From positions 132,618,001 to 132,682,000 of the forward strand of contig OZ024743.1 of NCBI GenBank assembly GCA_964016885.1: 64,000 nt of DNA, written 5' to 3'. This document shows positions 47,201 through 58,200 of the stretch, piece by piece. The notes beneath the pieces were generated by a model. The model made no database searches. It was not told the DNA's origin and saw nothing but the letters and a program-made list of their open reading frames with translations. How positions within the stretch are numbered: position 1 is the first letter of the stretch; every line of letters starts with the position of its first letter. A program made the translations under genes and the position numbers. This DNA comes from Eledone cirrhosa (taxonomy: Eukaryota).

Positions 47201-50200
47201 TTGGTGCTTGGTGTTTGGTGTTTGGTGTTTGGTGCTTGGTGTTTGGTGTTTGGTGCTTGGTGCTTGGTGTTTGGTGTTTGATGCTTGGTGCTTGGTGCTT
47301 GGTGTTTGGTGTTTGCTGCTTGGTGTCTGGTGCTTGGTGCTTGGTGCTTGGTGTTTGGTGCTTGGTGATTGGTGCTTGGTCTTTGGTGCTGGGTGCTTGG
47401 TGTTTGGTGTTTGATGCTTGGTGTTTCATGCTTGTTGCTTGGTTCTTGGTGTTTGGTGCTTGGTGTTTCGTGCTTGGTGCTTGGTGTTTGGTGCTTGGTG
47501 CTTGGTGTTTGGTGATTGGTGTATGGTGCTTGGTGCTTGGTGCTTGGTGTTAGGTGTTTGGTGCTTGGTGTTTGGTGTTTGGTGCTTCATGCTTGGTGCT
47601 TGGTGTTTGGTGCTTGGTGCTTGGTGTTTGGTGCTTGGTGCCTGGTATATGGTGTTTGGTGCTTGATGCTTGGTGATTGGTGTTTGGTGTTAGGTGTTTG
47701 GTGCTTGGTGCTTGGTGTTTGGTGCTTGGTGCTTGGTGTTTGGTGTTTGGTGCCTGGTGATTGGTGCTTGGTGTATGGTGCTTGGTGCTTGGTGTTTGGT
47801 GCTAGGTGCTTGGTGCTTGGTGCTTGGTGTTTGGTGCTTGGTGTTTGGTGCTTGGCACTTGGGGCTTGGTGTTTGGTGCTTGGTGCTTGGTGCTTGGTGT
47901 TTGGTGCTTGGTGCTTGGTGTTTGGTGTTTGGTGCTTGGTGTTTGGTGCTTGGTGTTTGGTGCTTGGTGCTTGGTGTTTGGTGCTTGGTGCTTGGTGCTT
48001 GGTGTTTGGTGCTTGGTGCTTGGTGCTTGGTCTTTGGTGCTTGGTGTTTGGTGTTTGGTGCTTGGTGCTTGGTGTTTGGTGCTTGGTGCTTGGTGATTAG
48101 TGTTTGGTGCTTGCTGCTTGGGGTTTGGTGTTTGGTGCTTGGTGCTTGGTGTTTGGTGCTTGGTGCTTGGTGTTTGGTGCTTGGTGTTTGGTTTTTGCTG
48201 TTTGGTGTTTGGTGTTTGGTGTTTGCTGTTTGCTGTTGGCTTTTTGATGTTTGGTGTTTGCTGTATGGTGTTTGCTGTTTCGTGTTTATTGTTTGCTGTT
48301 TGGTGTTTGGTGTTTGGTGTTTGCTGTTTCCTGTTTGGTCTTTAGTCTTTGGTGCTTGGTGTTTGGTGCTTGGTGCTTGGTGTTTGGTATTTGGTGCTTG
48401 GTGTTTGGTGCTTGGTGCTTGGTACTTGTTGTTTGGTGATTGGTGCTTGGTGCTTGGTGTTTGGTGTTTGATGCTTGGTGTTTGGTGTTTGGTGCTTGGT
48501 GCTTCGTGTTTGGTGTTTGATGCTTGGTGCTTGATGTTTGGTGCTTGGTGCTTGGTGTTTGGTGCTTGGTGTTTGTACTTGTTGCTTGGTGCTTGATGTT
48601 TGGTGCTTGGTTTTTGGTGCTTGGTGTTTGGTGTTTGCTGTTTGCTGTTTGGTGCTTGGTGTTTGCTGTTTGGTGTTTGTTGTTTGGTGTTTGCTGTTTG
48701 GTGTTTGCTGTTTGGTGTTTGGTGCTTGCTGTTTGGTGCTTGGTGTTTGGTGCTTGGTGCTTAGTGTTTGGTGTTTGGTGTTTGGTGCTTGGTGCTTGGG
48801 GCTTGGTGTTTGGTGCTTGGTGCTTGGTGCTTGGTGCTTGGTGTTTGGTGCATGGTGCTTGGTGCTTGGTGTTTGTCGCTTGGTGCTTGGTGCTTGGTGT
48901 TTGGTGCTTGGTGTTTGGTGTTTGGTGCTTGGTGTTTGGTGTTTGGTGTTTGGTGTTTGAATTTTGCTGTTTGGTGTTTGCTGTTTGCTGTTTGGTGTCT
49001 GCTTTTTGGTGTTTGGTGTTTTCTGTATGGTGTTTGCTGTTTCGTGTTTGGTGTTTGCTGTTTGGTGTTTGGTGCTTGGTGCTTGGATTTTGGTGCTTGG
49101 TGCCTGGTGCTTGGTGTTTGGTGTTTGAAGCTTGGTGCTTGATGCTTGGTGCTTGGTGTTTGGTGCTTGGTGCTTGGTGTTTGTACTTGTTACTTGGTGC
49201 TTGGTGTCTGGTGTTTGGTGCTTGGTGTCTGGTGTTTTGTGCTTGGTGTTTGGTGTTTGGTGTTTGGTGCTTGGTGCTTGGTGTTTGGTGCTTGGTGCTT
49301 GGTGCTGGGTGGTTGGTGTTTGGTGCTTGGTGCTTGGTGTTTGGTGCTTGGTGCATGGTGCTTGGTGTTTGGTGCTTGGTGCTTGGTCTTTGGTGTTTGG
49401 TGTTTAGTGCTTGGTGTTTGGTGTTTGGTGCTTGGTGTTTGGTGCTTGGTGCCTGGTGCTTGTTGTTTGGTGCTTGGTGTTTGGTGTTTGGTGTTTGGTG
49501 CTTGGTGTTTGGTGTTTGGTGCTTGGTGCTTGGTGTTTGGTGTTTGATGCTTGGTGCTTGGTGCTTGGTGTTTGGTGTTTGCTGCTTGGTGTCTGGTGCT
49601 TGGTGCTTGGTGCTTGGTGTTTGGTGCTTGGTGATTGGTGCTTGGTCTTTGGTGCTGGGTGCTTGGTGTTTGGTGTTTGATGCTTGGTGTTTGATGCTTG
49701 TTGCTTGGTTCTTGGTGTTTGGTGCTTGGTGTTTCGTGCTTGGTGCTTGGTGCTTGGTGTTTGTTGCTTGGTACTTGGTGCATGGTGTTTGGTGCTGGGT
49801 GCTTGGTGTTTGGTGCTTGGTGTTTGGTGCTTGGTGCTTGGTGTTTGGTGTTTGGTGTTTGATGCTTGGTGCTTGGTGCTTGGTGTTTGGTGCTTGGTGT
49901 TTGTACTTGGTGCTTGGTGCTTGGTGTTTTGTGCTTAGTTCTTGGTGTTTGGTGTTTGGTGCTTGGTGCTTGGTGCTTGGTGTTAGGTGTTTGGTGCTTG
50001 GTGCTTGGTGTTTGGTCTTTGGTGCTTGGTGTTTGGTGCTTGGTGCTTGGTGTTTGCTGTTTGGTGCTAGATGCTTGGTGCTTGGTGTTTGGTGTTTGGT
50101 GTTTGGTGTTTGGTGCTTCGTGCTTGGGGTTTGGTGTTTGGTGCTTGGTGCTTGGTGCTTGGTCTTTGGTGCTTGGTGCTTGGTGTTTGGTATTTCGTGT

Positions 50201-50280
50201 TTGGTGCTTGGTGTTTGGTGCTTGGTGCTTGGTGCTGGGTGGTTGGTATTTGGTGCTTGGTGCTTGGTGTTTGGTGCTTG
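32300..50280 (+). repeat. Four-copy expansion of a ~5.1 kb higher-order unit with internal deletions (spacings 4342, 3418, 5097 bp)
   Basis: The private variant TTGAAGC creates AAGCTT at 36271, 40613, 44031 and 49128. TTGAAT(T/G)TTGC occurs at ~36100, 40442, 43860 and 48957. ORF pairs: 33485/37813 (offset 4328), 36275/40617 (4342), 40617/44035 (3418), 32478/45321 and 34015/46858 (12843), 36275/49132 (12857). Confidence 0.92.
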
Positions 50281-52330
50281 GTGCTTGGTGCTTGGTGTTT
50301 GGTGCTTGGTGCTTGGTGTTTGTTGTTTGGTGCTTTCTGCTTGCTGCTTGGTGTTTGGTGCTTGGTCATTGGTGCTTGGTGTTTGGTGCTTGGTGCTTGG
50401 TGTTTGCTGTTTGGTGCTAGATGCTTGGTGCTTGGTGTTTGGTGTTTGGTGTTTGGTGTTTGGTGCTTCGTGCTTGGGGTTTGGTGTTTGGTGCTTGGTG
50501 CTTGGTGCTTGGTCTTTGGTGCTTGGTGCTTGGTGTTTGGTGTTTCGTGTTTGGTGCTTGGTGCTTGGTGTTTGGTGCTTGGTGCTTGGTGCTGGGTGGT
50601 TGGTATTTGGTGCTTGGTGCTTGGTGTTTGGTGCTTGGTGCTTGGTGCTTGGTGTTTGGTGCTTGGTGCTTGGTGCTTGGTCTTTGCTGCTTGGTGTTTG
50701 GTGTTTGGTGCTTGGTGCTTGGTGCTTGGTGTTTGGTGTTTGGTGATTAGTGTTTGGTGCTTGGTGCTTGGGGTTTGGTGTTTGGTGCTTGGTGCTTGGT
50801 GTTTGGTGCTTGGTACTTGGTGTTTGGTGCTTGGTGTTTGGTGTTTGCTGTTTGGTGTTTGGTGTTTGCTGTTTGGTGTCTGCTTTTTGGTGTTTGGTGT
50901 TTGCTGTATGGTGTTTGCTGTTTCGTGTTTGGTGTTTGTGGTTTGGTGTTTGGTGTTTGCTGTTAGGTGTTTGGTCTTTGGTGCTTGGTGTTTGGTGCTT
51001 GGTGTTTGGTGTTTGGTGCTTGGTGCTTGGTGCTTGGTGTTTGGTGCTTGGTGCTTGGTGCTTGGTGTTTGGTGTTTGGTGCTTGGTGTTTGGTGTTTGG
51101 TGTTTGGTGCTTGGTGTTTGGTGTTTGGTGCCTGGTGTTTGGTGTTTATTGCTTGTTGCTTGGTGCTTGGTGCTTGGTGCTTGGTGTTTGGTGCTTGGTG
51201 CTTGGTGTTTGGTGCTTGGTGCTTGGTGCTTGGTGCTTGGTGTTTGGTGCATGGTGCTTGGTGCTTGGTGTTTGTCGCTTGGTGCTTGGTGCTTGGTGTT
51301 TGGTGCTTGGTGTTTGGTGTTTGGTGCTTGGTGTTTGGTGCTTGGTGTTTGGTGCTTGGTGCTTGGTGTTTGTTGTTTGGTGCTTTCTGCTTGCTGCTTG
51401 GTGTTTGGTGCTTGGTCATTGGTGCTTGGTGTTTGGTGCTTGGTGCTTGGTGTTTGCTGTTTGGTGCTAGATGCTTGGTGCTTGGTGTTTGGTGTTTGGT
51501 GTTTGGTGTTTGGTGCTTCGTGCTTGGGGTTTGGTGTTTGGTGCTTGGTGCTTGGTGCTTGGTCTTTGGTGCTTGGTGCTTGGTGTTTGGTGTTTCGTGT
51601 CTGGTGCTTGGTGCTTGGTGTTTGGTGCTTGGTGCTTGGTGCTGGGTGGTTGGTATTTGGTGCTTGGTGCTTGGTGTTTGGTGCTTGGTGCTTGGTGCTT
51701 GGTGTTTGGTGCTTGGTGCTTGGTGCTTGGTCTTTGGTGCTTGGTGTTTGGTGTTTGGTGCTTGGTGCTTGGTGCTTGGTGTTTGGTGCTTGGTGATTAG
51801 TGTTTGGTGCTTGGTGCTTGGGGTTTGGTGTTTGGTGCTTGGTGCTTGGTGTTTGGTGCTTGGTACTTGGTGTTTGGTGCTTGGTGTTTGGTGTTTGCTG
51901 TTTGGTGTTTGGTGTTTGGTGTTTGCTGTTTGGTGTCTGCTTTTTGGTGTTTGGTGTTTGCTGTATGGTGTTTGCTGTTTCGTGTTTGGTGTTTGCTGTT
52001 TGGTGTTTGGTGTTTGCTGTTAGGTGTTTGGTCTTTGGTGCTTGGTGTTTGGTGCTTGGTGTTTGGTGTTTGGTGCTTGGTGCTTGGTGTTTGGTGTTTG
52101 GTGCTTGGTGCTTGGTGCTTGGTGTTTGGTGTTTGGTGCTTGGTGTTTGGTGTTTGGTGCCTGGTGTTTGGTGTTTATTGCTTGTTGCTTGGTGTTTTGT
52201 GTTAGGTGTTTGGTCTTTGGTGCTTGGTGTTTGGTGCTTGGTGTTTGGTGTTTGGTGCTTGGTGCTTGGTGTTTGGTGTTTGGTGCTTGGTGCTTGGTGC
52301 TTGGTGTTTGGTGTTTGGTGCTTGGTGTTT
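50040..52330 (+). repeat. Cluster of short tandem duplications (350, ~1050 and 182 bp offsets)
   Basis: The GCTAGATGC landmark gives ORF starts at 50071, 50421 and 51471 (offsets 350 and 1050). GATTAG ends at 50750 and 51800. GTTAGGTGTTTGGTCT gives ORF starts at 52024 and 52206 (offset 182). All offsets are multiples of 7. Confidence 0.8.
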
Positions 52331-52399
52331 GGTGTTTGGTGTTTGGTGTTTGGTGCTTGCTGTTTGGTGTTTGGTGCTTGGTGCTTGGTGTTTGGTGTT

Positions 52400-53450
52400 T
52401 GGTGCTGGGTGCTTGGTGTTTGGTGCTTGGTGCTTGGTGCTTGGTGCTTGGTGTTTCGTGTTTGGTGCTGGGTGCTTGGTGTTTGGTGTTTGGTGTTATA
52501 TGCTTGGTGTTTGATGCTTAGTGCTTGGTGCTTGGTGTTTGGTGTTTGGTGCTTGGTGTTTGCTGCTTGGTGTTTGATGCTTGGTGCTTGGTACTTGGTG
52601 TTTGGTGCTTGGTGCTTGGTGTTTGTACTTGGTGCTTGGTGCTTGGTTCTTGGTGTTTGGTGCTTGGTGCTTGGTGCTTGGTGCTTTGTGTTTGGTGCTT
52701 GGTGTTTGGTGCTTGGTGTTTGGTGCTTGGTGCCTGCTGCTTGGTGCTTGGTGTTTGGTGTTTGGTGTTTGGGGCTTGGTGTTAGGTGTTTGGTGCTTGG
52801 TGCTTGGTGTTTGGTGTTTGGTGCTTGGTGTTTGGTGCTTGGTGCTTGGTGCTTGGTGTTTGGTGTTTGGTGCTTGGTGCTTGGTGCTTGGTGTTTGGTG
52901 TTTGGTGCTTGGTGTTTGGTGTTTGGTGCCTGGTGTTTGGTGTTTATTGCTTGTTGCTTGGTGCTTGGTGCTTGGTGTTTGGTGTTTGGTGCTTGGGGTT
53001 TGGTGCTGGGTGCTTGGTGTTTGGTGCTTGGTGCTTGGTGCTTGGTGCTTGGTGTTTCGTGTTTGGTGCTGGGTGCTTGGTGTTTCGTGTTTGGTGTTAT
53101 ATGCTTGGTGTTTGATGCTTAGTGCTTGGTGCTTGGTGTTTGGTGTTTGGTGCTTGGTGTTTGCTGCTTGGTGTTTGATGCTTGGTGCTTGGTACTTGGT
53201 GTTTGGTGCTTGGTGCTTGGTGTTTGTACTTGGTGCTTGGTGCTTGGTTCTTGGTGTTTGGTGCTTGGTGCTTGGTGCTTGGTGCTTTGTGTTTGGTGCT
53301 TGGTGTTTGGTGCTTTGTGTTTGGTGCTTGGTGCCTGCTGCTTGGTGCTTGGTGTTTGGTGTTTGGTGTTTGGGGCTTGGTGTTAGGTGTTTGGTGCTTG
53401 GTGCTTGGTGTTTGGTGTTTGGTGCTTGGTGTTTGGTGCTTGGTGCTTGG
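52400..53450 (+). repeat. 601-bp spaced duplication
   Basis: ORF pairs 52525/53126 and 52581/53182 are offset by 601 (86x7-1). GTTATATGC occurs at ~52496 and ~53097. Confidence 0.86.
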
Positions 53451-55179
53451 TGTTTGGTGTTTGGTGCTTGGTGTTTGGTGCTTGGTACTTGGTGCTTGGT
53501 GCTTGGTGTTAGGTGTTTGGTGCTTGGTGCTTGGTGTTTGGTTTTTGGTGCTTGGTGCTTGGTGTTTGGTGTTTGGTGCTTGCTGCTGGCTGCTTAGTGC
53601 TTGGTGATTGGTGCTTGGTGTTTGGTGCTTGGTGTTTGGTGCTTGGTGCTAGGTGCTTGGTGCTTGGTGTTTGGTGCTTGGTGCTTGGTGTTTGGTGTTT
53701 GGTGTTTGGTGCTTGGTGCTTGGTGTTTGGTGCTTGGTGCTTGGTGCTGGGTGGTTGGTGTTTGGTGCTTGGTGTTTGGTGCTGGGTGCTTGGTGTTTGG
53801 TGCTTGGTGTTTGGTGCTTGGTGTTTGGTGTTTGGTGCTTGGTGCTTGGTGTTTGGTGCTTGGTTCTTGGTGTTTGGTGCTTGGTGCTTAGTGTTTGGTG
53901 CTAGGTGCTTGGGGTTTGGTGTTTGGTGCTTGGTGTTTGGTGCTTGCTGCTTGGTGTTTGGTGTTTGGTGTTTGGTGCTTGGTGCTTGGTATTTTGTGTT
54001 TGCTGTTTGCTGTTTGGTGTTTGTTGTTTGGTGTTTGTTGTTTGGTGTTTGGTGTTTGCTGTTTGGTGTCTGCTTTTTGGTGTTTGGTGTTTGCTGTATG
54101 TTGTTTGCTGTTTGGTGTTTGGTGTTTGGTTTTTGGTGTTTGGTGCTTGGTGCTTGGTGTTTGGAGCTTGGTGCTTGGTGTTTGGTGCCTGGTGCTTGGT
54201 GCTTGGTTTTTGGTGTTTGGTGCTTGGTGCTTGGTGCTTGGAGTTTGGTGTTTGGTGCTTGTTGCTTGGTGTTTTGTGTTTGGTGTTTGGTTTTTGGTGC
54301 TTGGTGCTTGGTGCTTGGTCCTTGGTGTTTGATGCTGGGTGCTTTGTGTTTGGTGCTTGGTGCTTCGTGCTTGGTGTTTGGTGTTTGCTGCTTGGTGTTT
54401 GGTGCTTGGTGCTTGGTGTTTGGTGTTTTGAGTTTGGTGCTTGGTGCTTGGTGTTTGGTGCTTTGTGCTTGGTGCTTGGTGTTTTTACTTGGTGCTTGGT
54501 GCTTGGTGTTTGGTTCTTGGTTCTTGGTGTTTGGTACTTGGTGCTTGGTGCTTGGTGTTTGGTGCTTGGTGTTTGGTGCTTGTTGCTTGGTGTTTGGTGC
54601 TTGGTGTTTGGTGTTTGGTGCTTGGTGCTTGGTGTTTGGTGTTTGGTGTTTGGTGTTTGCTGTTTGGTGTTTGGTGTTTGCTGTTTGCTGTTTGGTGTCT
54701 GCTTTTTGGTGTTTGGTGTTTGCTGTATGGTGTTTGCTGTTTTGGTGTTTGGTGTTTGCTGTTTGGTGTTTGGTCTTTGGTGCTTGGTGTTTGGTGTTTG
54801 GTGCTTGGTGCTTGGTGCTTGGTGTTTGGTGTTTGGTGCTTGGTGTCTGGTGCTTGGTGTTTGGTGTTTGGTGCTTGGTGTTTGGTGTTTGGTGTTTGGT
54901 GCTTGGTGCTTGGTGTTTGGTGTTTGGTGCTTGGTGTTTGGTGTTTGGTGCTTGTTGTTTGGTGCTTGGTGCTTGGTGCTTGGTGCTTGGTGCTTGCTGT
55001 TTGGTGCTGGGTGCTGGGTGCTTGGTGTTTGGTGCTTGGTGCTTGGTGCTTGGTGTTTGGTGCTTGGTGCTTTGTGCTTGGTCTTTGGTGCTTGGTGTTT
55101 GCTGTTTGGTGCTTGGTGCTTGGTGCTTGGTGTTTGGTGCTTGGTGATTAGTGTTTGGTGCTTGGTACTTGGTGTTTGG

Positions 55180-58100
55180 TGCTTGCTGTTTGGTGTTTGC
55201 TGTTTGGTGTTTGGTGTTTGGTGTTTGCTGTTTGGTGTCTGCTTTTTGGTGTTTGGTGTTTGCTGTATGGTGTCTGCTGTTTCGTGTTTGGTGTTTGCTG
55301 TTTGGTGTTTGGTGCTTGGTGCTTGGTGTTTGGTGCTTGGTGCTTGGTGCTGGGTGGTTGGTGTTTGGTGCTTGGTGTTTGGTGCTGGGTGCTTGGTGTT
55401 TGGTGCTTGGTGCTTGGTGTTTGGTGCTTGGTGTTTGGTGTTTGGTGCTTGGTGCTTGGTGTTTGGTGCTTGGTGCTTGGTGTTTGGTGCTTGGTGCTTA
55501 GTGTTTCGTGCTAGGTGCTTGGGGTTTGGTGTTTGGTGCTTGGTGTTTGGTGCTTGGTGCTTGGTGTTTGGTGTTTGGTGTTCGGTGCTTGGTGCTTGGT
55601 ATTTGGTGTTTGATGTTTGCTGTTTGGTGTTTGGTGTTTGCTGTATGTTGTTTGCTGTTTGGTGTTTGGTGTTTGGTATTTGGTGTTTGGTGCTTGGTGC
55701 TTGGTGTTTGGTGCTTGGATCTTGGTGTTTGGTGCCTGGTGTTTGGTGTTTATTGCTTGTTGCTTGGTGCTTGGTGCTTGGTGTTTGGTGTTTGGTGCTT
55801 GGGGTTTGGTGCTGGGTGCTTGGTGTTTGGTGCATGGTGCTTGGTGCTTGGTGTTTGGTGTTATATGCTTGGTGTTTGATGCTTGGTGCTTGGTGCTTGG
55901 TGTTTGGTGTTTGGTGCTTGGTGTTTGATGCTTGGTGTTTGATGCTTGGTGCTTGGTGCTTGGTGTTTGGTGCTTGGTGCTTGGTGTTTGTACTTGGTGC
56001 TTGGTGCTTGGTTCTTGGTGTTTGGTGCTTGGTGCTTGGTGCTTTGTGTTTGGTGCTTGGTGCCTGCTGCTTGGTGCTTGGTGTTTGGTGTTTGGTGTTT
56101 GGTGCTTGGTGTTAGGTGTTTGGTGCTTGGTGCTTGGTGTTTGGTGTTTGGTGCTTGGTGTTTGGTGCTTGGTGCTTGGTGTTTGGTGTTTGGTGCTTGG
56201 TGTTTGGTGCTTGGTACTTGGTGCTTGGTGCTTGGTGTTAGGTGTATGGTGCTTGGTGCTTGGTGTTTGGTTTTTGGTGCTTGGTGCTTGGTGTTTGGTG
56301 TTTGGTGCTTGCTGCTGGCTGCTTGGTGCTTGGTGATTGGTGCTTGGTGTTTGGTGCTTGGTGTTTGGTGTTTGGTGCTAGGTGCTTGGTGCTTGGTATT
56401 TGGTGCTTGGTGCTTGGTGTTTGGTGTTTGGTGTTTGGTGCTTGGTGCTTGGTGTTTGGTGCTTGGTGCTTGGTGCTTGGTGCTGGGTGGTTGGTGTTTG
56501 GTGCTTGGTGTTTGGTGCTGGGTGCTTGGTGTTTGGTGCTTGGTGCTTGGTGTTTGGTGCTTGGTGTTTGGTGTTTGGTGCTTGGTGCTTGGTGTTTGGT
56601 GCTTGGTGCTTGGTGTTTGGTGCTTGGTGCTTAGTGTTTGGTGCTAGGTGCTTGGGGTTTGGTGTTTGGTGCTTGGTGTTTGGTGCTTGGTGCTTGCTGT
56701 TTGGTGTTTGCTGTTTGGTGTTTGGTGTTTGGTGTTTGCTGTTTGGTGTCTGCTTTTTGGTGTTTGGTGTTTGCTGTATGGTGTCTGCTGTTTCGTGTTT
56801 GGTGTTTGCTGTTTGGTGTTTGGTGCTTGGTGCTTGGTGTTTGGTGCTTGGTGCTTGGTGCTGGGTGGTTGGTGTTTGGTGCTTGGTGTTTGGTGCTGGG
56901 TGCTTGGTGTTTGGTGCTTGGTGCTTGGTGTTTGGTGCTTGGTGTTTGGTGTTTGGTGCTTGGTGCTTGGTGTTTGGTGCTTGGTGCTTGGTGTTTGGTG
57001 CTTGGTGCTTAGTGTTTCGTGCTAGGTGCTTGGGGTTTGGTGTTTGGTGCTTGGTGTTTGGTGCTTGGTGCTTGGTGTTTGGTGTTTGGTGTTCGGTGCT
57101 TGGTGCTTGGTATTTGGTGTTTGATGTTTGGTGTTTGGTGTTTGGTGTTTGCTGTATGTTGTTTGCTGTTTGGTGTTTGGTGTTTGGTATTTGGTGTTTG
57201 GTGCTTGGTGCTTGGTGTTTGGTGCTTGGATCTTGGTGTTTGGTGCCTGGTGTTTGGTGTTTATTGCTTGTTGCTTGGTGCTTGGTGCTTGGTGTTTGGT
57301 GTTTGGTGCTTGGGGTTTGGTGCTGGGTGCTTGGTGTTTGGTGCATGGTGCTTGGTGCTTGGTGTTTGGTGTTATATGCTTGGTGTTTGATGCTTGGTGC
57401 TTGGTGCTTGGTGTTTGGTGTTTGGTGCTTGGTGTTTGATGCTTGGTGTTTGATGCTTGGTGCTTGGTGCTTGGTGTTTGGTGCTTGGTGCTTGGTGTTT
57501 GTACTTGGTGCTTGGTGCTTGGTTCTTGGTGTTTGGTGCTTGGTGCTTGGTGCTTTGTGTTTGGTGCTTGGTGCCTGCTGCTTGGTGCTTGGTGTTTGGT
57601 GTTTGGTGTTTGGTGCTTGGTGTTAGGTGTTTGGTGCTTGGTGCTTGGTGTTTGGTGTTTGGTGCTTGGTGTTTGGTGCTTGGTGCTTGGTGTTTGGTGT
57701 TTGGTGCTTGGTGTTTGGTGCTTGGTACTTGGTGCTTGGTGCTTGGTGTTAGGTGTATGGTGCTTGGTGCTTGGTGTTTGGTTTTTGGTGCTTGGTGCTT
57801 GGTGTTTGGTGTTTGGTGCTTGCTGCTGGCTGCTTGGTGCTTGGTGATTGGTGCTTGGTGTTTGGTGCTTGGTGTTTGGTGTTTGGTGCTAGGTGCTTGG
57901 TGCTTGGTATTTGGTGCTTGGTGCTTGGTGTTTGGTGTTTGGTGTTTGGTGCTTGGTGCTTGGTGTTTGGTGCTTGGTGCTTGGTGCTTGGTGCTGGGTG
58001 GTTGGTGTTTGGTGCTTGGTGTTTGGTGCTGGGTGCTTGGTGTTTGGTGCTTGGTGCTTGGTGTTTGGTGCTTGGTGTTTGGTGTTTGGTGCTTGGTGCT

Positions 58101-58200
58101 TGGTGTTTGGTGCTTGGTGCTTGGTGTTTGGTGCTTGGTGCTTAGTGTTTGGTGCTAGGTGCTTGGGGTTTGGTGTTTGGTGCTTGGTGTTTGGTGCTTG
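55180..58200 (+). repeat. 1511-bp near-perfect tandem duplication
   Basis: ORF pairs 55508/57019, 55617/57128, 55932/57443, 56242/57753 and 56638/58149 are all offset by 1511 (216x7-1). Confidence 0.93.

Noticed and set aside
48286-51252. Long - strand mucin-like or adhesin-like ORFs (988 aa here, 1355 aa at 34847-38914)
   Set aside because: These are reverse translations of the satellite. Homologous copies of the same DNA are open in different frames or broken by stops, and there is no signal peptide or non-repeat region.
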